Shown here piece by piece: positions 26,201-41,200 of a stretch of 64,000 nt of DNA. Origin of the DNA: Phoronis australis (Eukaryota > Animalia > Phoronida). The notes under the pieces are model-generated. The model saw only the letters and a program-made list of their open reading frames with translations, did no database searches and had not been told where the DNA came from. Position 1 is the first letter of the stretch. Each line of letters opens with the position of its first letter. A program made the position numbers and the translations under genes. The stretch lies in contig NMRA01000082.1 of NCBI GenBank assembly GCA_002633005.1, positions 286,576 through 350,575 of the forward strand, written 5' to 3'.

Positions 26201-29200
26201 TAAACACAGATCATTGCAAATTTCATCAATTGGAATTTATCGTTTAATGTCCACTTGGATACCAATGTTACAGCAGTCCATTTAATCTGTCAGAATTCAG
26301 TTTTGTTAGCGAGAAATGCATTATATCAAATGGTACTTCATCAATATAGAGCACCACATTTGTAATTTGAAATTATCTTTCTGTGTCCGTTTGAGACCCA
26401 ATGCTAAAGAAATAGACCATATAAGTTATTGAAAAGTATTTGCCGCAGTGAGAACTGCATTTTTGCATCTCGTACCAAATCACTCACATCAGCCATTGTT
26501 AGAGCAGCATTTCGTCTCAAATCATTCACATTAGCCAATGTTAGAGCAGTATTTGGTAACATCATGCAGTTCTGCACTCGATTTTTCTTTGGACACATTT
26601 CCAAAGATGACCAAACACGACGCAGTGACCACTCCCGCAGATTGTTTAACTGCTGCGAAGGCAGGGTCTGCGAGCAAGTTTGTGACTTAAAGCAGTGCTG
26701 AGCCAGTCAAAATAATAATTTTGTTTACGACATACATTGAAAAACTACAGTTAGGAACTGCAGGTCAAAATACGATAGACATTTTCATGCAACGTATTGA
26801 GGGGGTGTAGGACCGGACTGACAGCTCTTCGTTTCTAGACAAATATCTACAACACGATACATCTTAAAAAGGTAAAGTATATCATCTGTAAGCCTAACGG
26901 GTGTAGAATTTGATACAACACTATTTTTTCTATCCATTTCAAGTTTTACAATAAATCAAAGACACTGCGCCAAATCACTGACCTCTGTCTCTATTTTTCT
27001 TGATTCCACGTCATCATCACTACTGACGTCGTCATCGTTGTCTAAAGAGCTGTCATCGCCGTCACCAGTACGACCATCAGTGACTGGTCCAGAACCATCT
27101 GAAATTCCCACCCATCATAATACTTAAGAAGTCTCACCATTGAGACCAAACACGGAGAGCAATAAGTTGACAGAAATGATCCATTCAACTTAGTATACAA
27201 GAACGAACAACCATGGTTGATATCAAAAAATAAGTTTGATATCATCAATACACCATGCATACTTTTACCACTATGAGACTCAAATTGCAAATAAATTCAA
27301 AACACAACAGACCAAAGCTTAAGAACCACAAAATGTAAGAAAGAAATAATAGAGGATACCACAATTCGCTGAAGTATGTAGAAAATGACATATTTCAGCT
27401 TAAGATTTTTGAGTCTCTATTGATCAGTAATGAAAAGCCTGTGCTAAATGAGCAGCTCACAGGAGTGTTACACTCACTCTGTGCTTGTATGCCCTTCTAC
27501 CTGCTGTCATGTTTTTTTACCATTTATTTCACTTCCAGCACATTCATTACCTATTGCCTGAAGATGGTCTTGAAATATAGCAACAACTTTTGTATTTAAC
27601 CTCATTTGTCCATTATTTCTTTTGGTTTTGATTCAGTTGCACACCAGAAGACAGATTGTATTGAAAGTAGGAATGAGTATATACTAAGTGGCAATAGTCG
27701 TATATATCGTACCCATAATTTGAGAAACAGTTTGACACCCATTATTCAGGGGAGAAAACCGATTCTCAAAATTCGGGCACGTTATATCCAACCATTACCG
27801 AATGAGTTGCGTGAACAAAGTACACGCGCGTCTACGGCCATGTTTGTGTCAAAGAAGGGTTGCTATATACCAAAATAAATACAGCATGAAACAACAGATT
27901 CACATTTCTAGAGATCCTAGTTTTCAACAATAATTTACAAACCTGAAAATAATGGAAATTTGTGTTAGCTGAAATGGATTTCTCTTTTTTTAAAAACATG
28001 TACACTGATATTCAGCCAGTTGCTATTAAGAAAACATCACTGGGATGCAGGTTTGTGATTTATTGAGAAGCAACAACCATTTAAAACTATTACTTATGAT
28101 ATAAGCAATTGTATAAAACACACTAAAACAAGTATAGCAGACTAGCAAAGCCAAAGGTATGTGTTTCTTGATTTTTTTCACATTTTCCTCATTGAAATTA
28201 AAAATTATCCGAGTCAAAGTAAAAAGTAGAAGTCAACCATCGACCAACTCACCATCGCTAACCGTCTCCGGTACGTGGAAGTCACTTTGTGGCAGCTGGT
28301 AATTCAGCACGCTGCGGAGACCCCCCACGGGGAGCCTGTTTCGCGGGAAGCACTTGCGCATTATCACACTAGCAGTAAAGATGAGGCCCTCCAGCTCGCG
28401 TGAGTCCATCATCTCCAGACTTGCTTCGTATAGCACTCGGATACCATCGGCCTCCTTCAACGCCCTCTGGCCAGACTCTGGGGAAATCACAGTCATTTCA
28501 GTAAACCAGCTTTGAAAGCTTCGACACAGTTAAGGTGAAAATCAGAAAATCATCAGAAATATACTAGAAAATTACAAAGAAATGTTTTCTTTCAAAGTTT
28601 TGCCATTTTTTCTAGATTATGGGGACAAAACTAGCATGCGTTACTTTCAAAGTATACTGCAAGATTGCCTAAACGGGCAAAGTACTCTGAGATATGGAAT
28701 TATTGTGTGTTTGTAATAAATCAATCAATATTATATGATAATAATGACACCTCTTCACTTCAGATTTTTGTCAACAACTGAAATTTGTTACGCATAAGTT
28801 AAGTTCAAAAGCCTACTGAGGTTGGTGACGTTCTTTAACACCGTCAACATGGACTTGCGGACGTTGACATGTCGATTCTTGCTGTCGAACCTGTGCCAAT
28901 CATAAAACATGTTGAGCAGGATGGCCACGCCCCCCTGACCAACAGTACGGGCGGAGTTACTCTCTGCAAAACATGCACGCACCATGTATATACAGTTGCT
29001 CAAATGATTCAAATTAGTCTGTGCTCTTGAAGCAACGGCAAAATTTTATTGAAATGGGATGGTGTTAATTTCAAATCGCACACGCATCAATGAGGTGCAT
29101 AGTCTTTCCCCATTCCCTCCAGTAATTGTAACCAGAAAGGTGAACTTTTACCCCCTTGCCTCCTCTTATATTTCTCCGTCATGCGGATACGGGCCTCCAT

Positions 29201-32200
29201 AATTTTTTTGAGGTTAGCACTCCTGACAGACATTAGAAACATATGCTATTTCAACTAAATTTGAACACTGGCTTCAAACTTTCCAAATGCTGGACACAGA
29301 TGAAAACGATTACTCTCAAAAATTAAATCCATTAATGTTTCAAAACAAATGACAAAATGTGACCACTTTTTAAACTTTGTGTATAAACAAAAACAAAATG
29401 ATGCTTGAACTTAAAAATATAATTTTTACAAGGAATTAAGCAAAATTTCACAATTTTCTCTCAAGTTTCGTCGTGTTATGAAACATCACGATGTCAAGCA
29501 ATTGTGTTCATAAGCACATTCGACACACTCACTTGACTTGACCAGCTGTCCCAGAGTGTCTAGTGCCACCTTGAGGGCAGCCAGGTGCTTCTTGCCACAG
29601 CAGTTGAGGATCTTGTATAGGTAGCTGATACCTCCATTTTTACCTATGAATGATGCGTTCACAGCTGGAAGGAACCAACGATTCAGTCAGATGCAACTTA
29701 GAAACTCTAGGGCCTATAATGTAAGTATTGTACAAAACACTACTTCTCAATAGGACCGCCCCAGATTACACAGAGACACTCGAATCTTGCTGTATTTACC
29801 AACAATGACGTTAACATCCGTCAGGCACGTTTGCTGCCTCGCTTTCATGACACTGGAGTTTCACGTTATCAGTTGTTGCCTGATTCTTTGCAAGTTTTTA
29901 TCAGTTGCATAACTCTATTTGTCCTACCAATGACAACGAAGTATTACTGCTGTGCTGTGGGCTGCAACTCCAACGAGAAAAAGTTTGATAAACTTGACCA
30001 ATACCTGTGGATGCGTAATCTGAAATTCTTCAACTTCCCGACATAAATGAGAGACATGAAAATGTGCCTGATTTTCAAAACGCTTTCTTATCTCCAGGAC
30101 TTACAGAAAAGGGAGGTGAAGAGATCTTTGCAAGGCAAAATTGTTGCAAATGCCTGGCTATTATTATGGAATGTTTTTCATGATTAATCTTGTATTCAGA
30201 AGCACAATGCTAAGATTTCTCCTGTAACAAGTAAACCAGTTTGCTCACAATAAACCAGGTGAGATCAGCTTCAGCTGACATCAGGACTTCAGTTATACAG
30301 CCTAGTCCCTCGGTGGGAAAGCAGCTAATATAGGTCTGAGTTTCCTTCTTTGCTGAATCTTTCCTGGGGAAACTTGTCACGGCACATGTTTACTTTGCAT
30401 AACAGACAAAGGCACAACACCAGGATTCAGACAGAAATTGTGTAACTCCAAGCAGCTCTTGTTATGGCAGACAGAGATTCAATTACTCAAAGTGGCTGCT
30501 TTGGCCTCAGGGGAAAACTTAGCAATGTAGTACAACGCAGACATCTTGCAAACTAAGTTGCGGTGTCCCTAAGGCACATCAGCCATTGAGCTGCTACTAA
30601 CAGTCACTACAACTGTTATTTCGCCAAATGCGGGTGCCCCCCACGGAGGAATAACAAAATGTTATGTAGGATGTTACTGTATATTAAGCCAAATATCTAA
30701 CAACTACAGCAAATGCATATATTTTCTGAAAACAGAAAGCCTGTAGAGTTTTGATTTTTGACTTTTTCCAATCTGCCTTTAATTGGGTAGACAGACCATG
30801 TTTTTTAGTGAAATTTAGCGAAAAAGGTACAGTGACAACAAAACAATGGTATCAATAACAGAATGAAATTTAATTTATTATAAATGTTCGAGATGAAATG
30901 TCAAAAACGCTCTTAAAGATTTCTAATGTATTGTTTCGTTTTTAGTTCTATGCGTCTTCAGGATTTTATTTTCACAGCCCCTCGTGCAAAAGTGGAACAA
31001 TTTAAACACAATTCATAAACAAATTTTGGATAACAGTGCATAAAGCATGATTTCTGAAAATTTCATATGAATCTGATCTATCATTTCTGAGACATGATGT
31101 TCTGAAATCAGCTAAATTTGGACAATTTTTAGGGTCCTACAAAATTTTTAGTGCATACTAGACTGATTCGTAACAGGTAATTTACTCACAGTTTGAGGCC
31201 AGGTACTTGAGGACTATCAACACAGGGTGAAGTGCCTTCATGCCCAACGAGACATCTCGAATTACATGAAGCGTTACGGGCAATGCATGACTGAGTCGAG
31301 CGCGTACACCAATTTTACGATCTGGAAACAGGAAGCAGCATTACTCAAACAACGAATAGTAATTTAATAGAAGCTGTGAATGACAGACATAACCAGGCAT
31401 GAATTCCGTGAATCCAAATTTCCACCAAAAAGCAAGATTATGAAAGACCGTGCAAAATCATACAAGAGAAAGGGGAGTGTTTCACAAATACACTCAAGAA
31501 CTAGCAAAATGCTTGCCACTGAAACGATTGGTCAGTAAGGCTGGAATGATGAATTATGGGATATAATTCAACATGAATTACAGGACAGAATACCTTGCCT
31601 CCATTCCACAACCCAACATTTCATGCCGCAAGTACTGGCTAATGACTTGGGTATACGCAACTTTCCAACACTTACAACAGCTCATGAATATAAACATAAA
31701 ACAAAAGTTAGAGGTTTTCAACGAAACCAGTGCCAAGAGATCTAAAGAACCATTCCTTTATGTTCGTATTGCATAAAGGATGAGACATAATATTCTCAAC
31801 ACCAGCGTGGCCACAGCCCCTCCTCTATCCAACTCCCACTCCATAAGCCCCGCCCACCACTCCCATAACTCCGTCCACCAGTCCCTCAGCCCTACCCACC
31901 ACTCCCTCAGCTACGCCCACCACCTCCTCAGCTCCGCCCACTCCCAATCTCTTACCTTTCGGTGCTAATTTGGCCAGCACTTGGTGTAGACAGATAATGA
32001 GGTCAACCTCCTCCTCCTCACGAGAGATGCGCACCAACTGGTGAAGCAGTATCTGGCTCGCCCCGTTGGAGACCAGCACTGACGCTCGTTTACCAGTGTC
32101 TGCAATTAAAGGGACAACGTTCCTTATTGTCTCCAAAACAACTGTTATTTACATACGCCCATCTTTAGCAGTCAAACCACATTACGACGAATCTTTCGAA

Positions 32201-35200
32201 ACCTATCACAGTTGTTCGTTGTAACCAAGGTTCACTACAACCAAATCAACTATATAGGTAAGTTAATAAGCTGGCTACTCCCATAATAGTTAACATAAGA
32301 AATAAATAAATAAATAAATATTTTGTCTGATTACTTTGTTCTTGCACCGTATATTATTTGCATTCACAGAAACTCTGGTACATAAGATACATACAAGTCA
32401 ACAGATTTTAGGTACCGTAATCAACTCATTGTCATGCGCAGAGGGACAACTTCCGCCTTGTGCTACTTATCAGATATACATTTGTGGATGCTCCACTTAA
32501 AGTGAGACAAGTTGACTACTGCATGTTGTTCTAGGATAAGCCTACAAGTGGACGGGACTTAAGACAACTTTCAACTTAAAAAGCAATGCATGCCTGAAAG
32601 TGCATGGCCTAAGAAAAAGCTCGATAGCACTGGGTTCCAGTGAATTTCTTACAACACTATCATAGTTGGAATCAAATAAAATGCATAATTACGTGTTTTC
32701 CCCAGGAATTCTTGCAGCAGAAGGACCACGTTGAGAATGACGCCACTATCTGTTGTCATCTGGAAAATTTTAAAAAATCACATGAACTAGCAATCCATAA
32801 AATTTAGGATAAAACATTTAAATATCTGTCACACTCCAGGCTCAGCTATTCCACTACCCATAGGGGGTAATTTAACAATTATCTTTTTACACAGGACCAT
32901 AAATCCTTTGTTCAGCTGTGTTTAGTTACACAGTCCATCTGGCACAGTCGTGAGACTAAGAGCAGGGTTCCCAAAGAACAACTATACCTGACCTTCCACG
33001 TCAATTTCAAAAGGCCCATTGTGTGGTGAATGACTTACATGAATTAGAACCATCCACAAAACTCTAAGCCACAATGTCGACTAGATACCTCATCCAACCC
33101 AAAATAAATGACCATTCCCTAACAGGTAATTGACATCTTTTTTCAAAAAAGTATGGCCAGAGTTCAGTGGTGACATTCAACAACTTATTCAACAATCAAA
33201 ACACCGAAAATCATATATGACTCCTGTGAAGTCTCACCAGTTCAGAACGCAACATGGACAAACTAAATATATTTCGTTCATTCACATTTTATAAAAGATA
33301 AGTAGCACTAAATAGCCGTCCCAATTTCCTTGTAAAAGTAAAAATGAATTTTGAAATTATTTTTGTCTAAAACTGGTGAGGTGAGAGTTTAGCATAACAA
33401 AGCTTTGGTAATTCTTAAAGTTTGCATAAAATGTTGTGAATTGTAGTTGTCATTGGCATGCACTGTGCAATATTTGAGAGCTTCCATAGCTGGAGGTAAA
33501 CTACCACAATATGAAATGATGTATATGAACTGTGAGATAGCATACCAACACATGATAAGAACAGCAAAATTTACGAAATCCAAATTATAAGAATAAATGA
33601 ATTTGAAGTTCTCTTCAAGTTAGAATAAATGTTATAGTATTTACGTCAAATATTGCCAGGATGGTTTCAATGTGGTGTTTCAACAGCGAGTCCCGCTGTG
33701 ATTTTTCTGAAACAAACAAGAAGACAAATAAACATTCTAACTAAACAAACAAAACGAAGTGACATTCACACAGCACCCTTGACAACGGGCAGACACACAG
33801 GTTGTAAACTACTGTACACTGCTCAACTGACTACCTCCCTAAAAATGCAAGGCGGTCATGATGATCTTGTGCTTGCAGAAGTTGGAACGATAGCAGTAAG
33901 ACAAGGCATTATTTGTCTACTTCTAAAAAGTGTTTTTATCAAATGCTTTTGTCGAGTCACAAAAAATTGTCCTGAACTCTTGAGTGCTTCCCTGTCTAAG
34001 TCAACATAGGTAAATGTAAGAATTCCAACCATTTTCCAATGGCTATATGAATAGCAGAATGAGAATCTTGACCCAAGCACCTTGACCTACATTCCGCTGC
34101 AGCTGAAGTCACACAGACGATGTAAAATTAGCCACAGGTCACGAGAGTTCAAGAACCAGAAAGAGTATGTCCCTGATGAGAGGCTGTATTTGTGTGGAAA
34201 ATAAATCTTTGTGTCCGACATTGAGTCAACTCTTTGTTTAAAACCCCTTTTGTTATAATTATTTATAACTATTATCAGAATTAAGATGAAAGTGTTCGGA
34301 AAATCTACGCTGTTGAGGTTATTCGGCGGTCTAAATGCGGGTAAAATATATATTCAATGAATGTGACCATGGTGACCAGGCGACATATAAGTCGGTGACG
34401 TAAACCCGTCTTTTCTCTTCAATCGTCTAGTTTTTCAGCGAGCTCATTGGTCAGTACTTGTCACAACGTTCTTCATGTAATAAATTATTTCACCACGCGA
34501 TAAATTGGAATTTCAAGGACATAAGTCTTAGTTGGAGTTCGGGCAAACACGACTGAGTGAGTGTCCCCATTTGACACCAGGTGAATTAGGATAAAGAAAA
34601 TTAATCCTTTATGTCAAAAATGCATAAAGAGCTTTGACAATTCACTTTTAGATGTTACACAATTCCCCGTGGTGTTGGGATAAAACATTCTGTCGGGCCA
34701 TTTTTCAGTGAGAAGTTTGTGTCAATATCTATCTGTGTTATTCAGCTTTTTTAGTTAGGCGGTGAGGTGAAATTCATATTCCAATTAGTAGCCTACAATG
34801 TTGCAAACCTTTGACGAGCATGAGCCTCTTGACGTTGCACCACACCAGTTTTTAAAGCAGCCATAAACCGAGACCACTTTCCGCCTGAGATTTTGTGGCA
34901 ACTCACCAACCATAATTTTTAATTAGGTTTAAATCCAATCACCCATATTTTTAAATTATACATGATGTACATGTTAGATTTTAATATTCTTTTTATATAT
35001 TTTTGGTCTGCAATGTTTAGTTTGCGAACAGCAGTCCAGTAGACAAAACGGCAGCTAATCAGGTTCTCCTCGAAGCGACTGTAATATTTAATATAGGCCT
35101 ACTATCAAGGCAAAAGAGACTGGTTTCAATATGTATAAGTATCAATTTAACATCTGAGCACAACCACTAGCATGCACTATAAACATGTTGGTGGCCAAGA

Positions 35201-38200
35201 TTAATAAGAGCTGACAGTATAAACAAAGAGTGAAGCACTGAACTCATCATGTTACAACAGCCCTGTGATGTCAGCAGCTGTAGCATGTATGTCAAGATCA
35301 GTGCTTGGTCAAGGTTCTCCATTCTGCAAGTGAATAGCACTTGTCCCACTGTAACAGTAGGCCACTAGTCTTATACCAAGCTGTCTGTTTCTTATGTTAG
35401 TGTCATGAGTCATCCTAGAAAAATGTCAAGAGGTGTATACATAGCAATTTCAGAACATCAGATATCAGGAATAGCTGATCACAAATCATACAGAAATTTC
35501 AGATACTAGCTATGACTGATGTATGGCCCTGTTCCCCAAAATGTTGTACGGGTTTTTGTTGAATCTTTCCAAATCGACACATTTCAGGAAATCCCAAGTT
35601 TCATGAAACAAAAAAGAGAGATAATTTAACTCTGAGATTGTAATTTACCAAAAGCAAACTTGGTCAGGCTACTAGTACCGTTGTTTTGCAATTAAATATT
35701 GCAGTACCTTCTTTTTGGTAAACATAGAAAACCTGGTCACCTAACCCATGGCTGATTCGCATTAAATCCATCTGCACAATATTGAAGTGCACCAAGGTAA
35801 ATTCACCAGTTAAGAAGATATTTGGTTAAATGCAAGGGCTTGGTAATACAGTAGGTAGGGTACTCATTACTGTAAATGATCTTTGTCAACTGAACATCCT
35901 GAACAAGATAACCACAGTTGCTGTACACCACACTAACAGTAATATAACCAGTGTAAACAAGACACTAAAAGTTTGTAAATGTGGTTACTATTGAGTGGTA
36001 TAGCTGTCAAGGAGCACAGCAGCAAATCAGATTAATGACAGCATGGCAAATCTCACTTGTTATGAGACTGATAAAGCTTCTTTTAAGTGGAAGGATTTGG
36101 TCTGGGATTACAAGAGGCTCCTGGTTTTACAAACTACAAGGTCAATGATCTAAACACTTCAAAGATTCCTAGCAGGGGAAAATAGGACAGTGACATGTTT
36201 CATGCTGAGCTATGAATTCTGGGTTACAGTCTAAGTACTATAAAACCTAGCTATGGTGTGCACAACAGTAAAATTGCAAATCTTTTGAAATACACCATTA
36301 TTCATTACAAAAAATCCACCAGAGAGAATAAACATACAGTCATGCACATGAAGTTATCTACCTGAGATTGTCACAGTATACATGTACAAGCGGAAAACTA
36401 CCAGAAGAAATTTAAGAACCTCTGGAGAACTGGCTGGTATATTGGTTGACTTTACCCATGCGGAACCCCATGTAGAGGGGACCCTGTGAGTCATAATCAA
36501 CTGATCAGTGCTGTGAGCCCAGTGTGTGGCCATAGCAGGCCTGGTGCACAGACAAGACATCAGACGATCTGCCCACTACAAGAGGCAAGCTCTGCATAAG
36601 AGCCCCCGAGACCACATGATCGTGTCAGACATTTACAACACGCACTATCGAGCTGCATAACTTCAACCAGATGAAATAAAATAAAACACTGGCTAAGACA
36701 CGCTACTAGCGACAATAAAATTCTAATGATGCAGTGAGGTCAAGGTAAATAGTGCGACTTTACACAACATGTACAGTGATCAAAAACTAACACGTAATTA
36801 AGTTTTGACACATGCTGACAAAACTGCATGTAAAAGTCGAAGCAAAAAATTGCTGCTGAAGACAGCGTCGACTGGAGAACAGTTCACACAACATGGCTAC
36901 CATACCTGCACTGTCTTGTCCTGGGGAGCGGAGAAACAAACAAAAATGTACATCTTTGCAACTTCCGACATGACCTCAAATGACGTGTGACGAGTATCAA
37001 ACCAGATCGATTAGTAACTAGTCAATCGTGTATGGCACAGGTCACAAACTTTTTTCCGATCGACCCACAACGAGATGGTTGGTCATCGACTTGCCATACA
37101 TGCAACACTGTCTGCAGCAAATCTCCAAGGCATAATGAGGCATACTTTTAAAATACCGGTACTTGTGAGTGCCATGACACCATGTTTCATTATCATAATA
37201 GTGAAATTGATGAAAGTGAAAAAAGACATTGGATCTGGCCCGACAATAGGTATTTTAAAGCGAATATTCATGAGCTTGAATTGAAGTCTGCACTGAAGGT
37301 AGCAGTGCTTAAAGTTTTAGTAGACCAAACAGCTATTTTTCTGACCACTGGACGACTGCATTACCAATTCATTTGCCACTGGTGGCATAAAAATTTGTGG
37401 CCTGTGCTGAAGTTAACACAAGAGAACATTATTTCTAACTAGCATTGTTTTATTCTTTAAAAGCTTCTATCACTACTGGGAATGCTCGAAATGGTACCTA
37501 CATTACAGAATTTGAAAATGGCAAAGCACTATGGCATTTGCCCTCAAAAGAGAAAATGAGAAAACAAAATTTTCCACAGAATGTGGCTTAACCTTAATGG
37601 AAAGCAGACGAGACCCTGGACAAAAAGGTATGTGACAAAAGCTTATGTGCAAAGATCTATTCTCAAATGAAACTTGTAGTTGTGTTTATACAAAGTTGAC
37701 ATTACCACATATTTTAAAGAAGTTCAGGTTATGAAGTAATGAATGTTTATGACTCATATAAATGCGAAAATAAACACAGCAAAGGCAGCTGCAAAACTGA
37801 AGATTTTGTTTGATAAGGCATGATTCTATCAATAAACCCTAATCTCTTTCAGTAGGTAAAAACTTTTCAGATTCAACAGAAGTGTCATTCAAAACCACTT
37901 AACGCTCCCTAATTGAGGCATAGAAGGACAAAGATTTTTGAATTTGTCTATAGAACGAGCCATGTGACTCCAGGTTTCACTTGGAGCCCAGCACAAAAGC
38001 TATTGATGTTCAGCCTCCAAAACCAAAAAGAAACATGACTGAACCACACAATACTTGAGCCTATAAATAGTTGAACAACATTGAATAACTCAGCTGGTGT
38101 GTTTACATGTGGAGTGGTATGTCAATAGTGTGTGACTTTTCTATGATACAGGCTTAGAGTGGCACAAATTATAGATGAGGTTCTGTCTGAAGGCTCTCTC

Positions 38201-41200
38201 AATAATACATAATTATTTGTTCCTAGTTAAACACACCTAGAAACCAGTATTAATCATGTCTGCACACAAAATTCAACATACTTAAATCCAAAAAATTACA
38301 AATATCAGTTTGTGGGAAGAGCAGGATACAAAGGGTAACGATTCCCAATGGATGACCTGACTAGACAAAAAATAAAATTGCAAAAATGGAACAGCTACCA
38401 AGTTAAGCCCCGCAGAAAAAAAGCTCAAAATCAAACAGCCTACTTCCCGATTGTCTGTGTGTAGCAAGGCAAAGCTGATAATTCTATTCTGTGCATAAAT
38501 GGCCAAACACTCTAAGTTTCGCATATTTTGTTTTTTCATAACTAACCCTTGACAATCTAGAGATGACCACACTAAAACCATACCATGAAAGCACTCAGAA
38601 ATGGGCTGCATTCTACACTACAATGACAGGGGAAACTTGCAGTGAGAAATCATTGCTCGTAGAACACAAACATTGAAATTTAACCCATAATTCAACATTC
38701 CAGCCTCGCCGACCAATGAATATAGAGCTGGTCACTTTGATGGTGTACACGAATGCAGTAGGCGGTTGTCTAGCTTACTCTTGAAACACTCGCCTTTAAT
38801 TTGCATGATTTCGCCTGATCTCGCATTTCTCGGATATGACATATACCCATACTCATTGCACCTAAAAACTGTTCTCTAGCTAAAACGACCACCAGTTGCA
38901 GGCAACAAGACACAAAGCTCAGATAAGGGACACCATGTCTCTACCGTTGTGTTTTTTTAAAACTCTTTTAATCAAGTGAATTGAAACCATTGTTGTTAAA
39001 ATTTTGGTTGTTTGTAGCAATTTCACAAAGTCTGCCTTTAAAAAGTAGAAAAATAAAAAATTTTACCACGGCCCAAGATAATTGAAGACTTGTGCTAAGC
39101 AATGGATTATTTTAAAACTAGCAAGAAATAACAACTGTTCTCTGACACATCTCCAGGGTCTAGGGTCACCATAGTCTCTGTACTAAGCATCCACTAAGAC
39201 CGAGACTCAGAACTTAACCAATCACGCCAAATTGGTAACTAAGTTTACTCAAAGCATGTTACGTAATTAGTCAATTTTTGAGTTGAGATTCATGTGAACA
39301 TCAGGATATAAATGCGTTCCAACGGCAGATCCATAACATACAACCTACAGTACAAGCCAAATGTCTTCCGACAAAATGACCCGGGATTTCCCGTCGTGAC
39401 GGCTGGGCAGAAGCCACATTAATTGTCAGAGTAGTCTCCCCTGATGACTGAGAATGAAGGGGAATGTACAGGGACAGTTGGTAAGATGGCTAAGACATTC
39501 TGCAATTAGAATTTTTCCATCCTTATAGTTATTGACAGCCATATTTCCTGTTACCAGAATTAGCTGTCATTACAGGGAACAGTATTTTGTCTGATTACTT
39601 CTGTCTTGTATTGTATGCAATTCACCACAATCCATTATCCATTCCGGTCTGACATTCAGCGAAGTGACAAGCCCAACCTACCCAGGACTCCAACAGATGG
39701 CGTTACCTACCCTGCGCAGAGACCAGCTGGATGATCTTGGACGTGGTGTAGCGCAGCTGACCAATCTCCTCCTGGCCTAACTTTTGCGTCTGCCGCTGAA
39801 CGTTCAACTTCTCCAGCGTCTGGAAGAGCGTCCCCAGACGCAATCTGAAACACAAGAGGTCAAACTTCCCAATGTAGCTGCATACATCTCAACAAGATGG
39901 TCCCATGATCCCCTGTTTTAACAGCATCTTATATTATGTAATAGCTAACACACGGTTGAGCGCTAGTGACTGTGATTTCAGGAGTCGGTTTAAAATGCCG
40001 TTGTCTGCACAATCAAAACAGAGGCGTAGTCTCCATTTAGACTATCTGATGTCATAATTAGACAAACAGACACAGTGTAGTATGTTAAAAAATGCTTAAA
40101 ACTAATGTGATTTTCATAACCATAGCCAGGGGACAAGCAATGAGTGAATGTTACTCTCCACCACTAGCCCAGGTCCACTCAAGGAACTGTCCATGGGCAG
40201 TTTAGATCTGCCTCAACGAGTATGAAGAATCTGAGACAAGAATGGCTAACGATATGGGGAGAAGAACATTGGTGGGGGGGAAGCGTTGAGTAATAGGTTC
40301 ACCAATCACAGCTTCGCACCAACCCGCTGTAATGGCTGACTACACGCAACATGTTTATGTGTCACTGTGCTGTATAATTTTCAAAAACAATTCATTATTA
40401 GGCTAACAATTTGTCTGAAATTTTTTAGATTTTTTTCAAATGTAAACAATGCAAAATTTCAAAGCAAAATTTTAAATGATTAATCTTTTCAGAGAGCTTT
40501 CTCCTCATACCCACAATGCATTTTGACAGGCAGACAGTGTTTATTTGTTTAATTGATAGCAGTGACTTAATAAGCCCAAAGGACTGGATCTTATTTTTCA
40601 AAATGTGAAAATTGTTCCAACCTCTTTAACACATCATAATCAATTCATTAATTCATATCTGAAGTTCTTTAATGACACTCTATAGCAAAACCTCAATTTA
40701 AGCCCAATGGAAGGGTACCAAATTTCTTAAAAGCTCAACAACCACCAAAACTATAAATATCCCACATCTGTTTAGTCCAGCTAAGTAAGTATGCACCTTG
40801 ATGAAGATCTGCATTGTATCCAAATAAAACAATGTTTACATTTCATTATTGAATATAGAGCCCAAGTATAACCAAAGTATTATGGATTACTGGAAAGTGT
40901 TTACACAACTTTAAAAATATGATTGACATAATTTCGTCTGGCCCAGAGAGCTTATGTCAATGCACTGACAAAACTGTTAGTTTTATGACTGATCTTTTGT
41001 TAGGGACTGAGGGATGAAGATGACTTTCAGGCGCTTTCATGCTAACCTCATCGCATCGAGGTTTTGGGAAATTGTGGACACTTGAATGAACAGTAAACTT
41101 TGACCCTGGATCGACGTTAACAGCACCAGATAACTTCGCAGTAAATAGGTGGATTTAACAGTGGAGCGTCGAAAGAGCGGCACGGTATGAAAAGTCAACT

